From a virus (taxonomy: Duplodnaviria > Caudoviricetes), in IMG/VR virus record IMGVR_UViG_3300025426_000021, positions 20,229 through 84,228 of that record: a DNA stretch of 64,000 nt, one strand, 5' to 3'. Below the pieces are notes generated by a model. That model saw only the letters and a list, made by a program, of their open reading frames with translations, made no database searches and was not told the origin of the DNA. Numbering within the stretch: the stretch's first letter is position 1; each line of letters opens with the position of its first letter. Of the stretch, positions 28,819-38,733 are shown piece by piece. The position numbers were made by a program, and so were the translations under genes.

Positions 28819-29227
28819 ATGGGTCGTTACCGTTGGTTTGAACAATATTGTTATTGATCTTAAACATTACACGGCGAAACCGCTCTAATAAAGCATCATG
28901 CGAAGCAGGGTCTGAAGCAGAAACAATCTCAACTGGCTGATTGTTTAAATCGTAACCAATAAGCATGTAAGGGCCTAGAAACTCTTTAATTTGCATATCT
29001 AAAGAGTCTATTTCTTTACGCTTTTCGTTTACAATGGCGTTCTTTAATGACTTCATGTACTCTAACTTTGCAAGTTGTATCATTTGGTTGATACTAGCTT
29101 GCTCAGTAGGAGTTATCTTTGATTCATTAGCTTTTTCAGGAGCAATAGAAGGAGTAGGCTCAGTAGCGCTTGGCTGTTTTTTGTTCTGAGCCTTTTTATT
29201 ACCCTTCGTTGGTTTTTTTGCGGCCAT
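28775..29227 (-). CDS. Hypothetical protein
   Basis: TAAATA 6 nt upstream; basic N-terminus. Confidence 0.6.
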   Translation of the reverse strand: MAAKKPTKGNKKAQNKKQPSATEPTPSIAPEKANESKITPTEQASINQMIQLAKLEYMKSLKNAIVNEKRKEIDSLDMQIKEFLGPYMLIGYDLNNQPVEIVSASDPASHDALLERFRRVMFKINNNIVQTNGNDPYGFKDQPQNDSEED

Positions 29228-29232
29228 TAATA

Positions 29233-29964
29233 TTATTTAGTGTTTCTTTCGGCGGAAGCAATAAAGTCGTAGAACTCTTTTCTAGTCTCAGGCTCGTTCA
29301 TGAAATCCTTAGATAGTTTAGAAGTAATCATTACTGCACCGTGATGCTTTACACCTCTATGACAAGCACAAGTATGAGAGCATTTTACTACTACTGCAAC
29401 ACCTTGGTTCTTTTCACATATTTCGTCAATAGCTTTATGGATTTGAACTGTTAAAGCTTCCTGTACTTGTGGTCGACGAGCATAATGCTCTACAATACGA
29501 TTTAGCTTTGATAGACCAATAACCCGTCCGTCTTTACTTGGGATATATGCAACGTGTGCTACACCAGTAAAAGCTAAATGGTGATGGCTACACATTGATA
29601 CTAAAGGTATATTACACTGACTTACAATACCGTCATAACCATCTGAAGGGAATGAAGTAATCTTAGGCGGTTGATCGTAGCAACCTTTAATAAGATCACA
29701 TACATAAGCCTTAGCTACACGCTTTGGTGTACCTTCACTATTAGGATCATTACGCCAGTCAATCTGTAAAGCATCTAAGAAGCCTTCATAAGCTTTGGTA
29801 GCGTTAAGGATAATTTCTGTCTTTTCTTCTTCGGTACGAGGTATATTACTATTCGCAGTAGGAAGAGGTGGGTGTTTAACTCTTGATGTTGTTGCCATAT
29901 TAAATGATTTTACGGACTTAAACTTTTCGCCCGTTGTATAACTCTGATTTGTTATTGATTCCAT
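29233..29964 (-). CDS. folE: GTP cyclohydrolase I (start may be 29898)
   Basis: TPKRVAK, SMCSHHHL, IGLSKLNRIV, RRPQVQE, HTCACHRGV. Confidence 0.95.
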   Translation of the reverse strand: MESITNQSYTTGEKFKSVKSFNMATTSRVKHPPLPTANSNIPRTEEEKTEIILNATKAYEGFLDALQIDWRNDPNSEGTPKRVAKAYVCDLIKGCYDQPPKITSFPSDGYDGIVSQCNIPLVSMCSHHHLAFTGVAHVAYIPSKDGRVIGLSKLNRIVEHYARRPQVQEALTVQIHKAIDEICEKNQGVAVVVKCSHTCACHRGVKHHGAVMITSKLSKDFMNEPETRKEFYDFIASAERNTK

Positions 29965-30247
29965 ATTTTACTAAATAGCTTATTATAACCTCGATCGAGT
30001 CAGTTTTCAACTTAAATCGCTCAGGAATATATTGACCTCCGTCATATAACTCGAAGAAGGTTTCATTAAAAAGTTCCTTGTGATTGACATAACAGGTACA
30101 AAACACTGATGCATTACCCGGATCAATCATAACTGTCCAGGAACGTGGATCTGCTTCACCATATTGATCAAAGATCTTATAGACCATATAACCTGAGTCT
30201 TTAAGTCTTTTGATGAAATAACTTTGTGTTGTTATCTTATTAGCCAT
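29918..30247 (-). CDS. Hypothetical protein
   Basis: 109 aa ORF coupled to the clamp gene. Confidence 0.6.
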   Translation of the reverse strand: MANKITTQSYFIKRLKDSGYMVYKIFDQYGEADPRSWTVMIDPGNASVFCTCYVNHKELFNETFFELYDGGQYIPERFKLKTDSIEVIISYLVKYGINNKSELYNGRKV

Positions 30248-30981
30248 TATTTAACTAAACCTGATATTACAAATGTAAAGTCGGTTTCGTCAGTAGGCTT
30301 AACGTAGAACGACATTACTTTAAACTTTAAGTTAATACCAACGCGTGCAGTTTCAAACTTAACACCAGTTAGTATACGAAATATATCGAGATTAAAAGGT
30401 ATAACCTGATTAAACGGTTGACCTTCTACTTTATCAGTAACTTTAAGACTGATGTTATCTGTATTGGCTTTTTCTTTATCTCCTAACTCACAATATACCC
30501 CATCAGATTGACCATACAAGTAAATCTTATTGGTATCTGTGGTAAATGAACTAGCTTTTAATATTTCCTGTAGTTTCTTTGTATTAATATCAAAGTACGT
30601 ATCATTAGTAAGAGCTTCAATTTTCTCTCTCTTTAACGTAACTTTAGGTACTACTGAATCGTCTAAAAAGTGATACTTAAACTGTAACTTATCAGTTTTA
30701 TAATAAAGATGATTAGATTCAATAGTAAACACTAGCTCATCTTCATCTATACAATCAATAACTCTTAATAGCTTTTTTACATCACCAATGTTAAGAGTAA
30801 TCTCTTGATCTACATTAAAAGACTTATTATACTTTGCTAATAGAATAATACTTGTATCAGGCTTATTACAGACAGCGTACAAGCCATCCTTGTTGAGCTT
30901 AATAGACACAATATCTATAGCTTTACCTATAACACTTAAAAAGTTATCGGCAAAATCTTTCTTAACGAGCTTAAGTTCCAT
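30247..30981 (-). CDS. Sliding clamp (gp45-like)
   Basis: 244 aa beta-rich two-domain pattern (LNIGDVKKLLRVI, LQEILKASS); located next to the gp32-like gene. Confidence 0.7.
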   Translation of the reverse strand: MELKLVKKDFADNFLSVIGKAIDIVSIKLNKDGLYAVCNKPDTSIILLAKYNKSFNVDQEITLNIGDVKKLLRVIDCIDEDELVFTIESNHLYYKTDKLQFKYHFLDDSVVPKVTLKREKIEALTNDTYFDINTKKLQEILKASSFTTDTNKIYLYGQSDGVYCELGDKEKANTDNISLKVTDKVEGQPFNQVIPFNLDIFRILTGVKFETARVGINLKFKVMSFYVKPTDETDFTFVISGLVK

Positions 30982-31501
30982 TTGTTATCTTCGGTTTTTT
31001 TTTATTATTAGAGTCAATTAACTGGTTTACTTTATCGGTTAATATGTTAACCTTATTCTCTAATTTATCAATAGCATTTATAATATCTTCGTACCGAGTT
31101 TGTTTGTTTAAATCAAACTCTAACTGATTAGGATCAGAAGGTGGAAGGTTAGTTTCCTGTATTTGTTGTACTGGTGGTGCAATAAACTGAAAATCAGGCT
31201 GCACTATCGGTTGAGGTGCAGGTTGTTGAACCAGTCTCTGTTGTTGAGGTTGCTTGATACCCATAGCCGGTAAGATATGAGAAGGCATAACCTTACTCAT
31301 ATCTACATCCGACACTTTAAGACCACCACCTACTTCTGCAGCTTGTTTCTTAATACCATTGATATCACCTTGTAGCTGCTTTGCGAACATTGCAGCCATC
31401 ATGATTTCTTGGCTACCTACTTGACTAGTAGATACAGCAAGCCTCTGAAGCTCTGCTTCGTTCAGAGGCCTGTTTTGCTGTGGTTGTGGTTGATTGGCCA
31501 T
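30971..31501 (-). CDS. Hypothetical Gln/Pro-rich protein with C-terminal coiled coil
   Basis: Overlapping stop/start with both neighbours; contains DPNQLEFD. Confidence 0.6.
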   Translation of the reverse strand: MANQPQPQQNRPLNEAELQRLAVSTSQVGSQEIMMAAMFAKQLQGDINGIKKQAAEVGGGLKVSDVDMSKVMPSHILPAMGIKQPQQQRLVQQPAPQPIVQPDFQFIAPPVQQIQETNLPPSDPNQLEFDLNKQTRYEDIINAIDKLENKVNILTDKVNQLIDSNNKKKPKITNGT

Positions 31502-32403
31502 TATAGGTTATCTAACCCGTTTAAGATATCTAATACTTTATCGTCGTTAGAAGTTGTAGCTTCTACTTTAGCTGCAGGTTTTACTGTAGCTTTAGGTGCT
31601 GGAGTATCATAAGGAACATCTTCTTCCTCTTCTACTACAGGTGCTGCAACAGGAGCTGCTTCAGCATTACCATAATAGTGTTCGTCGATAAACGCCTTAA
31701 TCTCTTCACTAGACTTACGATCTATAAATGTATTTAAGTCGTAAACGCTATTTAAGATCTCTTCTACCTTGCTATCATCTAAACCTTCGATAGCAGATGC
31801 ATTTAAGAACTTAGAAGCTGTATAAGTTGGGTACTTAGGTGCACCTGGCTTATCAGATACTAACTCTACTTTAATACGTAAGTTGCAGCCTGCTTCACTT
31901 AAGTCAAAGATCTTAGCACCGAACTCTTCTGAATCATCACCATTGATAGCAGATTGAATAATCTTATCTAACTGCTTACCATAACGTAATACTTTAATAG
32001 TACCGTTATTTTCTGGTTTCTTAGGATCATTAACAACATAAACGTTTACTAACCAGTTTTCTTTACGACGTAGGTTAGCTTTAGCACGTTCTTTTTCTTC
32101 GTTCGTACCATCGCGTAATACTTTAAAGTATAGCTCGCTTACAGGGCAACGATCGCCCCAAGTGGTAGGAGAAGTAATACTAGCATATTTGCCAGTACTA
32201 ATGCTATTCCAACCATGATGGAAGTAATGAAGAATAGTTTCTTCTGGGTTCTTAATATTAGGTAATAAACGTACTACATAAGGCTTTTCACCTGGTTCAA
32301 GTTGTAATAAGTTACGATATGCTGCGCCGTCGCCCGCTTTAGTTTTAGCTTTGTCTAGAGCATTTTTAATGCTTTCGAACATATTTGAGTTATAAGGTTT
32401 CAT
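31501..32403 (-). CDS. Single-stranded DNA-binding protein (gp32-like)
   Basis: VRLLP, CPVSE, NVYVVNDPKKPENNG..KVLRYGKQL, IFDL..GCNLRIK, YPTY..SKF, acidic tail. Confidence 0.88.
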   Translation of the reverse strand: MKPYNSNMFESIKNALDKAKTKAGDGAAYRNLLQLEPGEKPYVVRLLPNIKNPEETILHYFHHGWNSISTGKYASITSPTTWGDRCPVSELYFKVLRDGTNEEKERAKANLRRKENWLVNVYVVNDPKKPENNGTIKVLRYGKQLDKIIQSAINGDDSEEFGAKIFDLSEAGCNLRIKVELVSDKPGAPKYPTYTASKFLNASAIEGLDDSKVEEILNSVYDLNTFIDRKSSEEIKAFIDEHYYGNAEAAPVAAPVVEEEEDVPYDTPAPKATVKPAAKVEATTSNDDKVLDILNGLDNL

Positions 32404-32418
32404 ATTGAATGATATGGT

Positions 32419-32446
32419 ATATTAGTATGGTTTTATTTTTTATCAA
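32419..32446 (-). promoter_or_regulatory. Sigma70-type promoter TTGATA-N16-TAATAT for gp32-like gene
   Basis: Matches the recurring consensus. Confidence 0.6.
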
Positions 32447-33077
32447 GTAAAAGTTTGTTTATTCTCTTTAATCCTTCCATTATAATTTTCTTAGCTCTGG
32501 ATGAGTTATTCAATCGCATTTTAAACTTAACAATATCTGTTGCAACCGTCTTTAAATAGATTTCTTTATCTTGGGCTTGCATGCTATTGAATATGTATTC
32601 AAAGTTTGAAAGAGATAGTAAAACATATAAATTGATATGTTTGTTTCTATAATCTTCTAGACTTCTCCATGTATAACCAGCTTTTTGATTACAGTACTGT
32701 TCTAGAGTTATTTGTTCATTAATACAAGTAGTAGCCAGATACTTTAAGGATTCAAGAATATGTTTAATGTGGCCATCAGTGTCGGGTAGTTCTTCGGCCC
32801 TCTGACTTTGTAAGAGAGAGTAACAGGCAATGGCTTTTTGCGTGAGGTAGAAGTTGAGCGGGAAGTGTTCTTCGTCTTTGTAGATGACATAGGGTGCTAA
32901 TAAAAAGTCTTTAATGTTTATTTGAGGGAATCGTTTAAAAAACATATCCAAACGAACGCAAAGTATACCATCTGGGGTTTTATCAAACCCTTCAAAGTCT
33001 TTACGTGCTTTCCAAGGCTTGTTTTGATGACCTCTAGATACACTTAAATATGTGTTGTAAACTTGTTCTACGCTCAT
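32433..33077 (-). CDS. Hypothetical replication-cluster protein (position of gp59 helicase loader in T4-like phages)
   Basis: Synteny only: immediately upstream of the gp32-like gene and about the right size. Confidence 0.45.
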   Translation of the reverse strand: MSVEQVYNTYLSVSRGHQNKPWKARKDFEGFDKTPDGILCVRLDMFFKRFPQINIKDFLLAPYVIYKDEEHFPLNFYLTQKAIACYSLLQSQRAEELPDTDGHIKHILESLKYLATTCINEQITLEQYCNQKAGYTWRSLEDYRNKHINLYVLLSLSNFEYIFNSMQAQDKEIYLKTVATDIVKFKMRLNNSSRAKKIIMEGLKRINKLLLDKK

Positions 33078-33379
33078 TAAGAGCTATATTGTAGTATCTC
33101 TCTAACAACTTTGCTACGGCAAAGGTTACTATTGTACTTTAAAAATAGTAATATTGCCTCTCTTTCGCTATCAGTATCAGTTAGTTCCATGAAGATTTTA
33201 CGGTACAATTTATTTTTGACTATTAATGAAAATATAGTCACATTGTTAAGTTTTTTATTGTGAATAATAGAACAAAATGAACCAAACTTAATAAGTTCAA
33301 TCTCAAGCTCATCTCTAGCCAGTTGGCTAATAGGAGTTTCTATGACAGCTTCTTGTAGTGCACCTACTATGCCAGACAT
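33077..33379 (-). CDS. Hypothetical protein
   Basis: 100 aa ORF coupled to its neighbour. Confidence 0.5.
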   Translation of the reverse strand: MSGIVGALQEAVIETPISQLARDELEIELIKFGSFCSIIHNKKLNNVTIFSLIVKNKLYRKIFMELTDTDSEREAILLFLKYNSNLCRSKVVREILQYSS

Positions 33380-33380
33380 A

Positions 33381-34301
33381 TTATGTTAGTGGCGTGAGTA
33401 GTTTGGTGAAATTTAAAAACGTTTCCGTTACTTTTCCACCCGCTGCATATTCATGTCCGCCTCCTTCGCAGATTTTAGCAGCTAACTTTGATAAGTCTAC
33501 ATCACATGACTTGTTTTTGCGAAATGATACATGTGAGTTGTTTGAGTTGACAAAGAATACAATATCAGCTGGGTGGGTGTTTATCATGTAATCGCAAATC
33601 TCGTTAACAAACTTTGTACCGTGAGTGCCGTATATTGTACGCTTAGCACCACCTATAGACACCGTTCCTTGATATATTTCAAGAGAAGCTATAGCTTTGT
33701 TTTTACGGTCTACATACTCTTTTATAATAGCTTTCTCCTGTGTAGTAAAAGGATAGAAGCCATTGTAGTATTTTTCTAAAAATATTTCAGCACGCTGTTT
33801 TGTAGACGTCTTTTGCGTGTTCGTGTAAAGGCAGTTCAGTTCATATGTTTCAGGTAACTTAAACTGGTAACAATCATAATCATCAGCAAGGGCAATAAAA
33901 TATTTTTGTTGCTGGGTCAGTTTAGTCAACTTACCTAATGTCTTAAAGTGGTTATAAGCTTTTTTAGCACATGAAGAAGTTTCACTTACATATACTTCTG
34001 CATTTTTATAAACCCCTAATGCATTAACATGTGTTAAATGGTGATCGATAATAACAATATTTTTTCTATCAACTAAGTCAGCATTTTTAGCTACATCTAA
34101 GTCTAAGATGTAAATCTTATCAAAATCGTTTGGGTTATTTTCATTTAACCAGTTTAAATACTCTTTACGAAAGTTGGTTACTGTGGTGATCTTAAAAGCT
34201 ATCTGACCAGGCTCAGCACCGAGTGCCCAATGCAAGGCTAACAAAGCAGCAACTCCATCAATATCGAAGTCGGTAAAAACGTATATCTTGTTAAAGCTCA
34301 C
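33381..34301 (-). CDS. DHH/DHHA1 family phosphoesterase
   Basis: TDFDIDG, ILDLD, IIDHH, SFRK, GGGHEYAAGG. Confidence 0.88.
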   Translation of the reverse strand: MSFNKIYVFTDFDIDGVAALLALHWALGAEPGQIAFKITTVTNFRKEYLNWLNENNPNDFDKIYILDLDVAKNADLVDRKNIVIIDHHLTHVNALGVYKNAEVYVSETSSCAKKAYNHFKTLGKLTKLTQQQKYFIALADDYDCYQFKLPETYELNCLYTNTQKTSTKQRAEIFLEKYYNGFYPFTTQEKAIIKEYVDRKNKAIASLEIYQGTVSIGGAKRTIYGTHGTKFVNEICDYMINTHPADIVFFVNSNNSHVSFRKNKSCDVDLSKLAAKICEGGGHEYAAGGKVTETFLNFTKLLTPLT

Positions 34302-34316
34302 TATAATCTATTTAAG

Positions 34317-35669
34317 CTACTTGCTTATTTTTTCAAGCTTATTTTCCAAGTCCATTACTTCATCTAAACCACTGCCGGATTTATTACCTGTTAAGCCAAC
34401 ATAGCCTTTATCTTCAGTCAAAGATAATGTGGTATAATCAATACGCATTGCTGTAGCAGCATGCTTTGGACCTAAACGATTCTTTACACCTGCTAGCTTA
34501 ATAACTCCGAGCTCTTGATCACCTTCTTCTTGATAGATAGCCCAAACCACGTCTGCAGTAAACGCTACACCTAAAGATTCAGATACTGTGTCTAAGCTTG
34601 GTTTCTCCATACCTTCACGGTTAGTTTGAATAGCACTGACTACAGGCATATTGAAGAAGTATGATAGTGCTCTTAGTTCTTCTGCAGCCACCTTACCTTG
34701 CTCGTAAGAGTTCTCACCTTGTGATGCCTTTATTAGTCCAAGATAGTCTATCACGAGTATATCCGGTTTTATCCCAGTCTTTACTAAAGACTCAAGATAG
34801 GCCTTAATACCTGCTACGGTAATGGATTTCGGTGGGAATTCCTTAATAATAAGTTTGCGTTTATGTGTTTCAGTAACGCCTTTAAAGTATGAATCTAATG
34901 CACCTATTTGACCTTGTATCTCGTTAATAGGGATTTTAGAAAGATGGCTACTAATACGTTTAGCATACATCATTTCAGGCATTTCTAAAGATATAAGGAC
35001 TGTTGTTAAACCTTTTGCAGCCATATTAGAGGCTACGTTACCTAAAAAGATAGACTTACCTACATTAGTTGGTCCTAAGAACAAATAAAGTGCTCTACCG
35101 TTTTTAGCTAAACCGCCACCGATTTTATCGTCAATAAACTCCCAACCTGTTGGTATTACTTCATTCTTTGTACCAAGTTCATTAATGATCTTTTCGTATT
35201 CACCGAAAAAATCTAAACCGATATCACTTGTTAAGGCTATATTACAAGCCTTTTCAAACATTGATAAGAACTTAGGGTAATCAGCTTTTTCCTTAGATAC
35301 GTCATCTACTATCTTCAATACAGTATTGTATACAGCCTTCTCCTTAAAGAACTGCTCTGTATTAGCAATAAGCTCATCCATATTAAGAGCTGTATCGTAT
35401 TGTTTATATGTTGTTACCGTATCTTTGAATAGTTTTAGATCTTCTTCTTTACTGAGATACGTTTTAATCTCAGTAATAGTAGGTAAAACTTTACGTTTAG
35501 TGTAAAAATCTTTAATAATACCTACAACGAGTCTGTTACCAGGGTTTTTAAAGTTCTCTGGTGCTAAATAATCTAATACTAAAGAAGTATAGTAAGCATT
35601 AGTCAAACATTGACATGCTACAATGTTCTCAAAAAAATCGCTATTAACTTGAAGAGAGTTTTTCTTCAT
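34317..35669 (-). CDS. Replicative helicase (gp41/DnaB-like)
   Basis: GPTNVGKS Walker A, ISLEM, IIKEFPP, VIDYLGL, AIQTNR, SES, KNR. Confidence 0.93.
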   Translation of the reverse strand: MKKNSLQVNSDFFENIVACQCLTNAYYTSLVLDYLAPENFKNPGNRLVVGIIKDFYTKRKVLPTITEIKTYLSKEEDLKLFKDTVTTYKQYDTALNMDELIANTEQFFKEKAVYNTVLKIVDDVSKEKADYPKFLSMFEKACNIALTSDIGLDFFGEYEKIINELGTKNEVIPTGWEFIDDKIGGGLAKNGRALYLFLGPTNVGKSIFLGNVASNMAAKGLTTVLISLEMPEMMYAKRISSHLSKIPINEIQGQIGALDSYFKGVTETHKRKLIIKEFPPKSITVAGIKAYLESLVKTGIKPDILVIDYLGLIKASQGENSYEQGKVAAEELRALSYFFNMPVVSAIQTNREGMEKPSLDTVSESLGVAFTADVVWAIYQEEGDQELGVIKLAGVKNRLGPKHAATAMRIDYTTLSLTEDKGYVGLTGNKSGSGLDEVMDLENKLEKISK

Positions 35670-35692
35670 TCGTACATTATATATTATAAATT

Positions 35693-35721
35693 AAAAAAAG
35701 CTAAGGTTGCCCTTAGCTTTT
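35693..35721. terminator. Bidirectional rho-independent terminator after uvsX
   Basis: AAAAGCTAAGG-TTGC-CCTTAGCTTTT, flanked by A- and T-runs. Confidence 0.8.
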
Positions 35722-35725
35722 CTTT

Positions 35726-36862
35726 TTATTCTTTTGTAAGCTTTTCAGCCTCGTCTAGAACTGAGTTACTTGACCCGTACCCGACTTTCTCTTTAAGAGT
35801 CTGTTCGAGTACCGGTAGTACTTTCTTATCCCAAAACTCGGTATCGTTTTCCCAAGTTTTTCTATAACCGATCTTCTCTCCATTAAACTGAAACGTAGAA
35901 CCGGTTTGTTGAATAACTCCAAACGCTACTGCCATATCAGCTAAGCCAGCATAGCGACTTAAACCAGTACGGAAGTTATTGTATAGTTCTGCCTTCAAGA
36001 AAGCAGGTACAAAGCGGTTCTTAACTGTCATTGCTGACAATGTAACACCGCTTACGTTATGAGCTACCGCGATTGATTCTTCTCCTTCGTTCTTGTCGAT
36101 TTTTTCGTTTCTAGTCGCAAGCTGTACGAGCAGAGAAGCAAGATAAATAGGGCCAGAACCACCGGACTGTTTTTTAACCAATTCAGGATAGAGTGAAGTT
36201 GGGTTATCATAAATGTGATTAGTAAAAAGAATAGGCACACGAGCCTTAGCTGCTTTAAAGGTTAAAGCGCGCATCATAGACTTCATTGCTTTAGCTTTTG
36301 TACCCATATCTGCTGCGTCCTTACCTTCTGTAACGTCACGAAGCTCTTTAGCGCTTGCTAAATTACCAAGACTATCAATAGCTATAATAACCTTTAAGTT
36401 AGGGTCATTAGCTGCAATAATCTTATCTAAGAATGTAGCGATTTGGTTACGACAGTCTTCTACTGTTTCTACTGGATAGTATTTTAAGCGTTTTGGATCA
36501 ATACCAACACCCTCTGCAGATTGCTTATCTACTGCTGCTTCCGTATCCCAGACAGCAGCAAAGTAGCCTTTCTTTTGAGCGTTTGCAATGATCTTATTAA
36601 CAATAAGCGTCTTACCCGCACCGGAAGGCCCGGAAAAACCAGTAACCCTACCAACAGGAATACCCTTGTAAAGAGATCCAGAAAAGATAGCATTAAGTGC
36701 ATAAGAGCCTGTATCGATCCAGTCGCCTACAATAGAAAGAGAGTTATCATCTGAAAGCAGAGATGCATCTGCATTTAGTGCATCTACTGCTTCAAAGATA
36801 TCTTTCATTGACGAAACCTTAGTCTCGTCATTGTTTACGTCTGTACGTGGTTTACGTGCCAT
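35726..36862 (-). CDS. uvsX: RecA-like recombinase UvsX
   Basis: IDTGSYALN, GPSGAGKT, DTEAA, IDSLGNL, TNH, SGGSG, KNRF. Confidence 0.93.
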   Translation of the reverse strand: MARKPRTDVNNDETKVSSMKDIFEAVDALNADASLLSDDNSLSIVGDWIDTGSYALNAIFSGSLYKGIPVGRVTGFSGPSGAGKTLIVNKIIANAQKKGYFAAVWDTEAAVDKQSAEGVGIDPKRLKYYPVETVEDCRNQIATFLDKIIAANDPNLKVIIAIDSLGNLASAKELRDVTEGKDAADMGTKAKAMKSMMRALTFKAAKARVPILFTNHIYDNPTSLYPELVKKQSGGSGPIYLASLLVQLATRNEKIDKNEGEESIAVAHNVSGVTLSAMTVKNRFVPAFLKAELYNNFRTGLSRYAGLADMAVAFGVIQQTGSTFQFNGEKIGYRKTWENDTEFWDKKVLPVLEQTLKEKVGYGSSNSVLDEAEKLTKE

Positions 36863-36863
36863 A

Positions 36864-37211
36864 TTATTTAGCTTCGTCGTCAAACAACTTTACTACAGGT
36901 GTATTAGCGTTAATAGCTGTAGTAGCGAACATTTGTGCGTATTGTAGTTGTAGGTTAGCTTCAAGTTCAACGTCACTTACTACTACAGTAGACTTAGAAT
37001 ACGTCCAGTTAGCAAACTCATCACGATTTGCTGTAAACTCTCTAAAGAATACAGGATAGAGTTGTACTTGTAGTTTCTTGTCTGGTGTAGGTGTAACCTG
37101 TAAGATAACAGGCTTAGTTACTGTTAAAGTAGTTTTATCTTCACTTACTAGAGTGGCGATAATCGTACGTTGAATATTATCTAGGAATGTTACTAGTTTA
37201 TCTTGGCTCAT
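36864..37211 (-). CDS. Hypothetical protein (possible Sm-like fold)
   Basis: 115 aa beta-rich ORF with its own promoter. Confidence 0.6.
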   Translation of the reverse strand: MSQDKLVTFLDNIQRTIIATLVSEDKTTLTVTKPVILQVTPTPDKKLQVQLYPVFFREFTANRDEFANWTYSKSTVVVSDVELEANLQLQYAQMFATTAINANTPVVKLFDDEAK

Positions 37212-37217
37212 ATGTTT

Positions 37218-37245
37218 ATATTAATATAGTTTTTGTTTTAATCAA
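37218..37245 (-). promoter_or_regulatory. Sigma70-type promoter TTGATT-N16-TAATAT, 6 nt before ATG
   Basis: Matches the recurring consensus. Confidence 0.6.
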
Positions 37246-37247
37246 GG

Positions 37248-38165
37248 TTATTGACGAGGAAACTTAAAATAAGGGTACTTTGAGTTTATTAAATGTTGAT
37301 CTAATAGTTTTTTATCAGATGCACGAGTTGGCACGATGTCCCAGCCACCACGACGGGCATAAAAACAAGTTACCATAAGTTCATCTGGTTCTAATAAGTC
37401 CCAAAGACGTTTATAAGCAGCTTCACAGATTTCTTCATGGAAATGACATTCATTACGGAATGATACGATCCATTCTAGTAAAGATTGTTCAGTTACTTCT
37501 TTATCGCTTTTATAGTAGATAAAGATATCACCTGAATCTGGTTGCTTTGTAATCTTACAGTTAGAACGTAATAGAGTGCTCATATAGAAGTGCTTTTTAT
37601 TCACTTCAGATTCATTAGCTACTAACAAATCAGCTGATTCGTTGAATATTGTAAACTTAATACTTTCTGCGCTCTTAATACTTTCTAACGGTAACCAGAT
37701 ACCAGGATCATAATCTCTTAACCAAACTTCACGAGCAGCAAAGTCTTTTATTTGTACTTGTGGAAATAGATCAACTTCTACATCTGTCTCTAATAGTTTA
37801 GATAGGTCTTCTGAAGCAGTCTTTTTAATATTGTTTAATGCTTCTGCTACAGTCTTACCCATAGGCTGCATATTAAATGAGTTCCAGTAGAGCTTCATTG
37901 ACTTAGACTCTACAATATAAGGGTTAGTAGCTGGATACACTACTTTAGCAACACAGGTAACAGGTAAACCGTTATTTGTTAATGCACTACATTCATAACC
38001 GTTCCAGATATCGTAACCTACGAATGGTAAGGAATCGTTCTGTAAACCTAAGTAGGTACGATTGCGTTGACGTTCTTCACGCACTAAGATCTCAGGCGTG
38101 TAGGTGGTAGGAGAATCAACTCTCTGACCAAGTACTTTGTCAATATTATTAGTATTATAGCTCAT
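37248..38165 (-). CDS. queF: NADPH-dependent preQ0 reductase QueF (bimodular type)
   Basis: QueF motif VESKSMKLYWNSF, catalytic LLRSNCKITKQPD, FHEEICE, YARRGG. Confidence 0.92.
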   Translation of the reverse strand: MSYNTNNIDKVLGQRVDSPTTYTPEILVREERQRNRTYLGLQNDSLPFVGYDIWNGYECSALTNNGLPVTCVAKVVYPATNPYIVESKSMKLYWNSFNMQPMGKTVAEALNNIKKTASEDLSKLLETDVEVDLFPQVQIKDFAAREVWLRDYDPGIWLPLESIKSAESIKFTIFNESADLLVANESEVNKKHFYMSTLLRSNCKITKQPDSGDIFIYYKSDKEVTEQSLLEWIVSFRNECHFHEEICEAAYKRLWDLLEPDELMVTCFYARRGGWDIVPTRASDKKLLDQHLINSKYPYFKFPRQ

Positions 38166-38730
38166 TGGTAAAATCTTTCTTTAAGTTATCAGTTACAATC
38201 TTAACTCTATCTTCTACAGAACCCATTACATAAACAAGTTTATCTGTAGGCATTGAATGGTGTTTTAGATAAAAGTCAAACTGCTTAACAACACCATCAA
38301 AAAACTCCTTACCTGTACTTCTCTCACCATCATCTTTTACTTCAAGTTCAGGTACAACATAAAAAATCTTATCATATACTTTTAGCAGTTCTTCATAAAC
38401 AGCTAAAGCAGCTTGATACACATCTTTACTAACTTGACCTTTTTCATAAAAGTAAGTCGTGTAAGCAATACCATCTAAAGCACCTCTATCTAATATCCAG
38501 TTACCCGGAGTTAAACCGTACTCTAAATGTCTAGCCATTATCAAATACTGAGTTAAAGAAGTACCGCCTTCATTAATAGGTACATTTAAATCTTTAAGAC
38601 CTCTCGTTAGATTAGTTCTAAAACTAAAATGCTGATCGTCTAAAAACAGATCATCTTTTAGTGCTTTTACTAACGTTGTCTTACCTTGTGAATGAGCGCC
38701 ACAGATTGCAGCTTTATAGTTTGATCTCAT
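38155..38730 (-). CDS. P-loop nucleotide/nucleoside-monophosphate kinase-like (AAA_28) protein
   Basis: GAHSQGKTT Walker A, ILDRGALD..AY, YDKIFYV, DDGERS. Confidence 0.75.
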   Translation of the reverse strand: MRSNYKAAICGAHSQGKTTLVKALKDDLFLDDQHFSFRTNLTRGLKDLNVPINEGGTSLTQYLIMARHLEYGLTPGNWILDRGALDGIAYTTYFYEKGQVSKDVYQAALAVYEELLKVYDKIFYVVPELEVKDDGERSTGKEFFDGVVKQFDFYLKHHSMPTDKLVYVMGSVEDRVKIVTDNLKKDFTNEL

Positions 38731-38733
38731 AAG

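Noticed and set aside
37248-38165. QueF-like amidinotransferase (QueF-L, archaeosine route)
   Set aside because: The NADPH-binding QueF motif ESKSxKLY is intact, which indicates a true reductase.
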